Shown here: piece after piece, positions 14,600 through 26,630 of the stretch
How positions within the stretch are numbered: position 1 is the stretch's first letter
Layout of the letters: every line of letters begins with the position of its first letter
Assembly (NCBI GenBank): GCA_964016885.1
Contig: OZ024753.1
Location: 46,252,001 to 46,316,000, forward strand
Reading direction: 5' to 3'
Source of the DNA: Eledone cirrhosa
Lineage: Eukaryota
DNA length: 64,000 nucleotides
Notes under the pieces: generated by a model
What the model saw: the letters and a program-made list of their open reading frames with translations, nothing else
What the model was told of the DNA's origin: nothing
The model's database searches: none
Made by a program: the position numbers and the translations under genes

Positions 14600-15760
14600 A
14601 TTTTAAGATATTAAATAAATGGAAACTATATTTATAAAACCATATTTATTCTATTATATATATTTCAGGGGTACCAAAACTTTGGTACGCTCTCATCAGA
14701 TAAAATACAAAGTTTGTTTTATAAATGTTGACATAACCAAGAAAAGATACCTTAACGGTTCAAGTTTTTCTTGGATAGTGAAGGAAAAGAGAAGAAAAGT
14801 CAGATATTTCAAATTATTAAGATGAATATGCAAATGAGGTTGAGGTATAGGGCTAAAAAAAACGTTATTTTTAGACGCTATGCAGAATTTAAATAATTAG
14901 AATATATGTATGTATAAGTAGGAAGAAGAAAAAAGAAAGAAGAGCTTGTATTTACGTTAATTTAAAAGGATTTAACAATTTGCGTGAATGGTGGAATATG
15001 ATTCCAGAATTTAAATTTATTTAGCTATATTATGAGTTATAATATTGTATATATAATCAATTAGATTATATGAAGAATTATGGTTGTAACTAGATTTTAT
15101 CTTATTACATTACAACAGGTTGTAAGTATATAAATATCTATATAGATTAATAATTGTGCATGTATAAGTATTATAGAAATAGAAATAAGTTACAATTATT
15201 AGTTGTTTACATTTCTCATATGAGTTACGAAGGATATTGATTCTGCATCTTACATAAAGAACACGTAGTTCAAATTGTAAGAGGAGAACAATTTGTAGAT
15301 TTAAATATGTTGTTCCAACATTGAAAATGTTTTCAGAATATTGTTAATTTAGCGAAGTTATATAGTTTATCATACATATATTATAATATAATGTTTATGT
15401 TTGCCTGATTGAAAAGGAAAAGATAACTCCAATCTTGTATGCTAACCGTTAAATTTGATGAATGATTTACTCAGAGGATATATAGAGAAAATTATATATT
15501 ATTTTGTGAGAGATTAATTTTAATTATATATTATTTTAGATTTGTGAAAGTTTGAAGAACAAAGAAGAGGAAAAAAGTAATGTGCATTTCGAAGAACTAT
15601 CGTAAAGAGGATAAACTTACAGAATGTCAATTAAAGATTATCAATCTACATCTAAAAAAATATATTTCGAGGGGTATCATTAAGAAAATAATGTCAAATG
15701 GTAAAAATAGTAAAAATATTACAAAAATATTACAAAATTAAGAAGGAAGATCATTTAAAA
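14595..15760 (+). mobile_element. Decayed Penelope-like retroelement: RT C-terminal/thumb remnants on plus, hammerhead-bearing terminus inverted at the left end
   Basis: Plus-strand translation with stops and frameshifts gives FRRYAEF (~14868), WNMIPEFKFI (14992), YNQLDY, HKEHVVQIVRGE (15253-15288), CSNIENVFRILLI*RSY (15311) and LLRGY (~15470). These resemble the PLE motifs RY.DD, N..HP.IKFT, FLD and H.K..I..GE..R..RICS...F...L..RGY. Hammerhead at 14647-14707. Right boundary approximate. Confidence 0.55.
14647..14707 (-). ncRNA. Type I hammerhead ribozyme motif
   Basis: Minus strand reads TATTTTAT-CTGATGA-GAGCGTACCAAAGTTTTGGTACCCCT-GAA-ATATATAT-A-ATAGAATA: 8-bp stem I (one G-U), stem II core GTACCAA/TTGGTAC, palindromic stem III and an AUA triplet. 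Confidence 0.8.
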
Positions 15761-16125
15761 AATTTAAATTTAATTTTTTAAAGAAAGTACTCAGTAAATA
15801 ATAGGATCATTTTAAATGTGTGTGTATCTAGAGAGAACGAGACAGACAGGTGAGTAAGTAGGTAGGCAGACAACCAGAAAAATAGACAGCAGTATAAGCA
15901 TACAATTAGATGTTTACATGTAATGGAGAGTTAGCGTGAAATATAGAGATACAGATATAATAAAGTTATGAAGAAATCATATATTAAATAAATATGTTAA
16001 ATATAGTGATGGGTATATGAATGAACGGTTAGTTAAAGAGGCACATTGTGCCATTGTACAGAGAACAAAGCCAGTTATATTCTTCATTTGATCAACGCAC
16101 ATATATATATATATATATATATGGA

Positions 16126-16164
<39 letters not shown>

Positions 16165-16721
16165 AAATGTATATTCAGTGAGAGTAATATCGGAGTGGTT
16201 AAATGAGATTACTTCATCACTCAGGTAATTCCGGGTAATTCCAGGTAATATATCGTAATATATCTAACTATCTTGGTGCAACAATAGACACGGCCACAAT
16301 TCCTGACCTCCATCAACGAGTTGAGTGCGATTTATGAATAGATCCCGGTGAAATTTAATTTTGTCCATTTCTACGTAAGTTTCCTTCCCGTTGTAATGAT
16401 GTTTGAACTGGAAGAGAGGTCAAATCTCTTAGCATGGAAATGCAGCACGGAAGGAATCAAATTAAGTAGAGAATACTTATAACATATCTATTTCCAAATA
16501 TCGATTTAAACCAGCCACAAATGTTCGGTTTACAAGGATCGGCGTGCCTGGAAATCACACAGAATAAATACACATACAGACACACACACGCATACATACA
16601 TACATACATACATACATACATACATACACACACGGACACACATAGATATATGCATAACACAAGTATGAAATAACTATACGTTCGTATCGAATATCTTAGA
16701 CACACAGGTATTTAGATTTAA

Positions 16722-16756
<35 letters not shown>

Positions 16757-16758
16757 CG

Positions 16759-16806
<48 letters not shown>

Positions 16807-16807
16807 C

Positions 16808-16847
<40 letters not shown>

Positions 16848-16861
16848 AACTATTCAATGTT

Positions 16862-16990
16862 GCCAGCTGAGTGGACTGGAGCAACGTGAATTAATGTGTT
16901 TTATTCAAGGAGAGAACGTGCTGCCGGGGATTGAACATTCGATATTACGATCATGACACTCACACACACCGTAACTACTAAGCCAACCAC
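16862..16990 (-). mobile_element. tRNA-derived SINE (family B), 5' region, diverged
   Basis: Minus strand has the A-box-like tggcttagtagtt and the B-box-like gttcaatcc, followed by a SINE body (plus strand ctgagtggactggagcaacgtgaa). Confidence 0.65.
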
Positions 16991-17807
16991 CATTATACAC
17001 AAAACTGTTAATCTATTTAAAGTAAAAGAGAATGTAGCTAACCTAATTCAACCTTACAACTTAAATATGTTGATCGATTTGGCGACGCCGTTCTTCAACT
17101 AGAGCGATTTTTATTGCTCGGATTTTTGCTTCTTTTAAAAGATTAATTCTATAAGATCAAAGATGTTTTAACGAAATATGACTGAGGGGTAAAAATGAGA
17201 ATTTCTTCTCTAATCTTTCCGATCTGTTTTGGCGGGCAAAAATATTAAAAGACATCGTTTTCTCTTACTGCAGATCATCTATTTCTCTTTGTTTTATCTT
17301 TCATATGCTTGGTAAAGCGGGAATGAATCTATTCAGCGTTGAGAATAAAACGAAAGTTATTTAGAAGGAAATATAAAAGACGTAAACAGGAAAAGACATT
17401 AAGAGATATAGAAACAGAAAAAATATCAAAGGCCAATTTATGGATGTCTCTTAAATAACGCTACTAAGCATCAGAAATATCAATAATCTTTAGCTGATAT
17501 CTCGTACCCTGTATAACTCCTGTATGCCACCTAGGATATATAGAAGGCCGGGTACTATACCATGCATAAATAGATATTATTTATGTATTATTTATGTATT
17601 ATTTCTATATCAAATCTCTTACACACACATGTACAGACATATACACATCACACATATACATATATAGATATTGTGGCCTCTACAACCAGTATTGAGTACA
17701 TTATGACGTAGCATATTTTTAGTGTACTCAAATATACAGATTTATAAAAGAAGTGATTACCTCTATCTATCTCTCTCTCTCCTCTCTCACACTCCCGAGA
17801 GAGAGAG

Positions 17808-17862
<55 letters not shown>

Positions 17863-17943
17863 ATTTACGATGCTCGGGGAAACTGAAGATTAGCTGAATA
17901 TATCGAATATAAAAAAGCTAGAGGCGGAAACGTGGGCATAGAA

Positions 17944-18004
17944 ATTTGACATAGAACCGGTCCATGGTTAGGTTTCCTAACCATGGACCGGTTCTATGTC
18001 AAAT
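17944..18004. repeat. Perfect 29-bp inverted repeat with a 3-nt loop
   Basis: atttgacatagaaccggtccatggttagg-ttt-cctaaccatggaccggttctatgtcaaat. Confidence 0.97.
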
Positions 18005-19190
18005 GGCTGCGATACCATTACAAGAAACCACCTCTAGTCACTCTGCCAGGTTTGACCTCGGTGTCACGAAAGACGGAATTAAGACCGCACAACATTTTAT
18101 CCGTCGTTCTAATGACTCTTTTTACTTCATAATCTCCTCCAGATCTATCAAATACGAAATATACATTGTCTGCGATAGACTTTACAGATAAGAATTGTCC
18201 AAACGTTATCATTTATTCTTATTTTGGAGGTGATTTAAAACAGATCTTCTAGATATTTCTAGCAAATCAAGAGACTGTCCATGTAGACGTTCCCTGCTAT
18301 AATACTGTTGTACGCATGAGAATATTTTTCATGAATCCGCTTATCACCAGCTAGAAAACGTTTGAAATATTCACTGAGAAATCAATGAAAATAAATAGGA
18401 AAACTTAATACTGTATAGAAGCTATTGTCCTTGTTAATGGTTATTTTGCTACAGACGTGTACAACATTAATCTCACATTAATAATCCAAATACAATTGTC
18501 TAGAACAATCTATACATTTTGGGGAAGAAAAGGAAGAGAAAAGCAACAACAGAAACAAGAAAATACTAATTAAAATGTCAACTCTCAAGAATAAGATACA
18601 CAACTAACAAAAATAAGAGCTGAATCAAAACAGGAATTGTTTCATTTGAAAACCCATTTCTTAGAACACATATACGTCTTGAACACACAATAGTCTTGAA
18701 CGCACATACGTCTTAATCCACCAGTAAATGACACCAACAAGATTGTAACTTGAACAAAACTTACAGCAACAACATCTTGTGTGAAAGACATAGCGGCAAC
18801 TTGACCCACGCTCCGGTTAAAGTGTCTGGGTCTGATTTGGATCAGATCTTCAGCGAGACAAGTAATGGGAAGAGATAATAAAGAGTCTATATACAATCTC
18901 ACGCAGAAATGAGGAAACAGAAACGGTCATTGAAAGTTTGAGTTGAAGTGGTGAACACTTATATCACCTAACTATCATGCCAGAGGCTCCCTAAACCTCA
19001 GATGCCTGAGCAGAACGGAGCGCCTGCTATTTTCCTTCGTGTTGAAGGGACAAATCTCACTAGTTAGAAAATCTATTTGATATCTACACCTACAGAGTTT
19101 CCTGGGCGGGTGTGATGATGATCGCAACAGAAGTGAAAACTAAGCAGTGTAGACACATTTCGTAAAACACAGTTTCAACAGCTCGGCCCC

Positions 19191-19497
19191 TTGAGTAGGT
19201 TTATAATTATCAATTTTCAATAAACTTTTGTACTTGTCTCGGCGGCCTAGCTGGACGAATCATAGATGGTGCTGATCCTGGTCTGAAGTTCGATCCTTGT
19301 CGGCAGTAGGGTTCCCGGTAAACCTTTTCAGTTTTTTTCTATGGAATGTAAAATAAAAACTGAAAAAATGTTACATGTACTCTCGCTCAGGATTGAACCC
19401 AAGGACAGGATCTCCACCGTCTCTAGTATCTACCGCTAGGACACTGAGACAACTACGAAAAACTTATGAAAATTCATATTTATAAACCTACTTTCAA
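19191..19497. mobile_element. Palindromic element of two convergent tRNA-like (A box, B box, oligo-T) cassettes
   Basis: Outer arms agtaggtttataattatcaattttca / tgaaaattcatatttataaacctact. Plus strand: gtctcggcggcctagctgg...agttcgatcc...ttttcagttttttt. Minus strand: gtctcagtgtcctagcgg...ggttcaatcc...ttttttcagttttt. Confidence 0.7.
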
Positions 19498-19744
19498 CAT
19501 TTTCCATACAAAATCATGTGGCGTCGTTCAATGTCTTTCTTAATGTTATTGCTCCTACTTAAGGTCGACTTCTAAATCATTTGGGTGTTCCATAAACTAC
19601 ATCCTCGTTTTGTTTCTCATCTATCTAGACTATATTTTAACATGTAATCAATGTTTCATTTCTGTTGCACCTCATTTCCTTCCCGCCCCCCCCCCCCCCC
19701 TCTCTATTTTTTTAAAGCAAAGCATTGACCCCTAAAATACTACA

Positions 19745-19825
19745 GTGGGCCCTGCAATGCCACCGTGGGCCCCCTGGGGCCCACTTGCTACTGGCCAACC
19801 TGGCAACCGCACCAGTCCGCCACTG
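19745..19825. mobile_element. Probable hAT-type MITE terminal remnant ending ...cagtccgccactg
   Basis: GC-rich gggccc motifs ending in ccgccactg (reverse complement CAGTGGCGG). A similar end occurs at 44677-44731. The partner TIR was not found. Confidence 0.4.
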
Positions 19826-20659
19826 CCAGGGCGCCTAATTTAGAAATAAACAATATAGAAAATCCTGATAAATAAATTTTTTTTTCCAAAGTCTGTTCGG
19901 CAACATAAACTTTTCTTAAATTATTAATATTTAATTATTAATATTTAATTCTTAATACACTTGCTTTTTCTCCGAGTAGCTTTAATAACTCTACAGCCAA
20001 CTTTTATAGCAATGCTGAATGTAGTTTGACTGTGTGTTAGCTACAGCAAATTTGTATTCACCTTTCGTATAAAGAATCTAGATTAGGAGTTTATTTGTTA
20101 TATCTGGTTTAAAGTAATTTGGTTGTATATTCATTAATTCTGGAATAGTTAAAAAGTTTGTTTGGCAACCACGTTGTTCTAGTTTAGGTCTCACCACACG
20201 GTACCTTGTACAATAGATTTGGAATCCTGATATATATATGTCAGACTTTGGAACAGACCATGACAAAGCTTTGGACAATGAGGAATACGGCACTCTCTCC
20301 TTAACCAAATCTCCTTTGAGAGGAAAATAAACTAAAGAAGAGATACAACGCATTGAAACTTACACGGTTTCTATCTATATTATATTACCATATTTGGTTA
20401 TAAGTTCATACAATGTATTATAATTAACGATATTCACATCACCGAACTAAATAACAGGATAGAGTGTGATATATATATTACTGACATAAACACAGCGTCT
20501 CTGTCTAAATTACTGAACATATTTTACTTTCTCAGCTATTTATCTAAGAATAACCAACCTCGCTGATTCACAAGTCAGATTTTTTTTTCAAGTATTGAAG
20601 TAATATATAAATGTGTATGTGTGTATATCTGAATATATATATTATGTGTGTATAAGTAA

Positions 20660-20706
<47 letters not shown>

Positions 20707-21139
20707 GTGTATATATATATGTATATGCGTATACATATATAATGTGTGTATATGTATATACGTATATATATATATATATATTGTGTGTGTATATGTATAT
20801 ACGTATACATATATATATAGCGAGAGAGAGGGGGTAGAGAAGGAGAGGGAGAGAGATTTATATATGAAAACATAAATACACATGATGCATGGATATATAC
20901 ATGAATATATATGGCCATAAAGGAACACATATAAGATAACACATTAATAATTCAAATGATATAGCCGCAAAAATTTCTCAAAGCATTTTATCATTTTGAA
21001 ACCATAAATATATTAACAAGGAAAAACAATACGAAGCAAATGACAAAATACATATTTTCATTTTAGAAACTGCGATCGTCTGTCGAATTCTCTTCCTGTT
21101 AATTCATTAATGCTTTTCTTCATATATAAACACACACAC

Positions 21140-22177
<1,038 letters not shown>

Positions 22178-22432
22178 ATTATAGAGACGAGCAAACTAAG
22201 TAGAAAATGGCATATATATATACATATACATACGTAGTATATATATATATATATATATATGTGCCATTCTTTACTAAGTCTGTTTATCTATCCATATATT
22301 TCGCTAGAATCATTCTTATTCTTTTCTTATATTCTTTCAATTATTTATATACCTTTTCCTCCTCTGTCAACTCATATTGTTTACTTCCATTTGTTCAGTA
22401 AATGTCTCCCGTTTCATTCTACACACACACAC

Positions 22433-22482
<50 letters not shown>

Positions 22483-22920
22483 TAAAAGTGTAAGCAACTC
22501 AGGCGCAGATATAGCTGTATAACACCCGACTACTGTGATGATCATAGCAAAGGATTGGGTTGAACCGACCCCTTTAGGAACTAAAATGTGACCTGAGAAG
22601 AATGAGAGAGGGAGAAGAAAAGAGGGAACGAAATAGATTTATCACATAGTGTTGATGTGGACCACCAAGACCAGAACAATACCAGAGAAAAGTAAGATTG
22701 AATAACATGCAGTAATGAAAGCGAGATGGCATCAGTATTACCTCGTCATCTTTCTACCCAGCCACATTATTTCGCGCAGTAGGGAAGTATCATTTCTGTT
22801 GGTACGACGCGTGTAGTTCGACAACAAGACAATAATATTTAACAAGGCCTCTCAATCATCCTCCTTTTTCAGAAAGAACAGTCTGCTTTCCTCTGTCTAG
22901 TAGGTGTTACAAAAGAAGTT

Positions 22921-23409
22921 TATCATCACCATCACAACAACCTTTATCATCGTCATCACCATCACCATCACCACAACCATCACCACCACTACCACCACCG
23001 TCATCACCACAACCACCATCATCATCACCACAGCAACCATCATCATCACAACCATCACCACCACTACCACCACCACCACCACCACCATCATCACAACCAT
23101 CACCATCATCATCACCACCACTACTACCACCACCACCACCACCACTACCACCACCACCACCACCACCATCACCACCATCGCCATCATCATCACCACAACT
23201 ACCACCACCACCATCACCATCATCATCACCACCACTACAACCACCACCACCACCACCATCATCATTACTATCATCATTATTATTATTGATGTTGTCATTA
23301 TTCTGTTTTGTTGTCATTGATTTTTCCTTCTTCCTCTACGATGAATATTACATTTTTTTGTGGACATATATTTACTTCCTTATATTAAAACAGTACACAC
23401 GACGTGAGG

Positions 23410-23476
<67 letters not shown>

Positions 23477-23515
23477 TGTTGTAGTGGTAGTGATGGTGGT
23501 AGTGATGGTGGTGAT

Positions 23516-23576
<61 letters not shown>

Positions 23577-23600
23577 CAGCAGTAACAACAACAACAGTAG
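22921..23600. repeat. Cryptic (CAC/CAT)n tract (22921-23290) and (TAG)n tracts (23410-23600)
   Basis: Directly visible; explains the poly-T/V/G/H ORFs. Confidence 0.93.
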
Positions 23601-24112
23601 TTTTTGTTGTTTTTTCCTAATTGTCCTTCTTCCTAGAAGTTCCCTCTGTAATGGTCGTCTTCTCATTATGGTCTTTCTTACTCTTTTTTTTTTTTTTTTT
23701 TTTTTTTCATATTTTGTGCTTCCATTTTTTATTGTTGCTAATAATTTTGTTATTATTGTTGTTGTTATTATTGTCCAAGGTTGTTGTTACTCACCGCCAT
23801 ATTTTGTTTTTGTGGCTGCTCATTTTTTTTTGTTCTTGTTGTTGTATCTTTCAGTTTGTGGGGGGGGGAGATTTATTGTTATTATTATTGTTATTCTTTT
23901 TTCTTTTTTTCTTGTTTTTTTCTTTCTTTCTTTTTTCTTTTGGCCATTATAATCTGCATTGCAGATTAATCCTTCGTTGCCCAAGGACGGAATTAGTTCT
24001 GTTGACTGCAAAATGGCACCACACAAATTTACTGCATCTGCTACCATATATGTATAGCATTCATATACAGACTCCTGTATGCATACACATAGAAACGTGT
24101 GTGTATTTGTGC

Positions 24113-24203
<91 letters not shown>

Positions 24204-24339
24204 ATGCATATATGTATAAATAAGTATGTATATGTACATATATAATACACATAAATGTATATATATATGTGTGCGTATGTGTGTGTTTGTGTGTGAGAGA
24301 GAGAGAGAGATAGTGTGTGTGTGTATATATGTATATATA

Positions 24340-24415
<76 letters not shown>

Positions 24416-26149
24416 AATACACAGGCACATGCGCGCACGTATAAATGTGATATGTTTGCGCATATTTTGTGAGCCAAAAATGCACACGTTAAAATTACAG
24501 CAAGAATTGCAGATACACGTGTTGGTACTCACAAACACTCACACGTGTATATATAACATTGAAGCTGTGCATTAATGTATAGTTAAGTGTAAGCTACTCT
24601 ACATGACGTGCTAAGGCGAAAGTAATTGTTAATCAATTGAAATTTTATCCGTAATATCGAAAGAAATTCATTAGCATTAATGAATTTTAATATGCAAGGA
24701 AGAGAACGCCCTAGAAGCATAAAGATATATATGTGTATGTATACATATATATATGTGTATGTATATATATATGGGTGTGTGTGTGTATTTGTTTGTATAT
24801 ATATATATATTTGTTTGTGTCTGTGTGAGTTTGTGTTTGTTTGAGTATACCAAAGTTTCTCATGATGGAAACGTTTAGGAGAGAGTAGAAGACAAACAGG
24901 TCTGTCTCAGAGCAAGGTGATGACAGAACGATATGCTGGAAATCACTGGCTAGTAGTGCAAGAGTCTACAAGAGGAGACAGAGAGAGTAAGAGGGAGAGA
25001 AGGGATCCGCGGGAGAAAAACTGAGATTTCTCTTTCTTGGTAGCCGTTTATTGTTTCGTTTTTGAATATCACACTTTATTATACTAATTAATATTTCACC
25101 AACAATAATAAATTGCTTCGTTCCTTGATCATTTGGTTTGGCTAAAATTCTCTCTATGACCATGTCCTCTCTTTATAATGCCTGCTGTGATTTGAGAGAC
25201 ATCTGTGTTTGTTATTACTAAAGAGTGAAATGACCATAGAAAATAACTCTCGTGCCATTTCACCTTTTGATGTTTGTTTTTAATCCGTTCAATTATATAT
25301 CATCAGAATATAAGTGTATTCTCTTTAGATTATTGTGTGGAAAACTATCAGTCTTTCGTACATGCATGTCACCCCTACCCCACAATGTTTTCCAAATCGA
25401 AAGCATACTTGAGTGTAAACAGAGCAGAGATTTAATGACTTTAATAAAATGCTTTCCTATCATCAGCATCCAACCGTTGTTTATTTTTAAAGATGCTAGG
25501 TTGTTATTTGAGGTGGTTTAGCTACTTTATTTAGCAGGTTGAGCAACTGCATAGAAGCTACTATATTGTCTCACTGCATTATTTGTTGAAATTATTTCAC
25601 TCCACTTCCCCTGTTAAAGTATGTTGGGAGATATGGAATGTTTATACATCACATTTCCTACATCCACCTTACACAAATATACCTCCATTCTACCTCGACA
25701 ATAGAAAATCAATATCTGTATCTCTTTCTCCTTTCCCAATTTTTATTTTATTCATTCATTTATTATTATTTTTGCCTTAAATATGTCTGCATTAGAAATT
25801 CCAATTAATATTATATCACCTTTTTCATTAGAATGTATTGATTGATTTAATCACGAGGCAAATAACCGAACTAAACTGGGGTTAAATGAACTAATACTAA
25901 GTAGACAAGCCTGAACTTTATCGATAATACCGTATTCATTCAAACGGATAAAATTTAAATGCAGAAATTAAGAAACAGAAATATGCGCCAAGCTCCTACA
26001 CGCAGACATACCATTAAGGCGGACATTTTTTTAGTCTTTGTAACGTATGAATATGGAAGATTTAAATATTGCTTGAGAGCTGTAGTTAGTAGCTAATTTT
26101 ATAATATTGTGGAGTAACAGACAGAGATTCTACATTCAGTGTTTTGTCA

Positions 26150-26630
26150 TGAGTACTTTAACAAGTATATTAATATCAAAGTCACACACAGATGATGTTA
26201 ATAGCGAAACCGAGAAATTGATTAAACGTGTTCTGGTGACCCGCTCTAATATATGAAGCTGAAACATAGGCATTAACAAAAGTATTGTCAAATAGAATAG
26301 AAGCCTTTGAGACTTGGTTTCAAGAGAAGACTTCTGAGAATAGTGTGGACAGAACAGAAAAGCAATTATGAAGAACTAAAATGGTGAAAACTAAGACGAT
26401 TTTGTTAGACACAATCAAAGAGAGAAAAGTAAAATATGTTGGACATTTAATTAGAAAGATAGTTTAGAGAGATTGTTAAAAGAGAGTAGAATAAAGGGGA
26501 AGAACTGAAGAGAAAATCAATAGTTATGTTGATGGATAACATCAAGGAGTTGATAGACTTAAAATAAGGTGAATATATATAAGAAGAGAAGAAAGACGGC
26601 CCGCGGTCTTCAAGCTGAACATGATGATGT
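26150..26630 (+). mobile_element. Decayed RTE-clade (BovB-like) LINE, 3' part of ORF
   Basis: Translation with stops and frameshifts: LIYEAET*ALTKVLSNRIEAFETW / RRLLRIVWTEQKSNYEEL / LLDTIKERKVKYVGHLIRK / SLERLLKESRIKGK / MDNIKE. This matches the RTE pattern LYG.E.W.L....RIEAFE.W..RR.LRI.W....N..VL...Y.GH..R...EG.I.GKR..GR....W.D.IK. Confidence 0.85.

Noticed and set aside
19236-19450. Two functional tRNA genes
   Set aside because: Acceptor, D and anticodon stems pair poorly; only promoter-box-level similarity is supported.
20078-20353. 91-aa non-repetitive ORF (also islands at 33253-33362 and 60338-60540)
   Set aside because: No recognisable homology and no consistent pair of splice sites; insufficient support.
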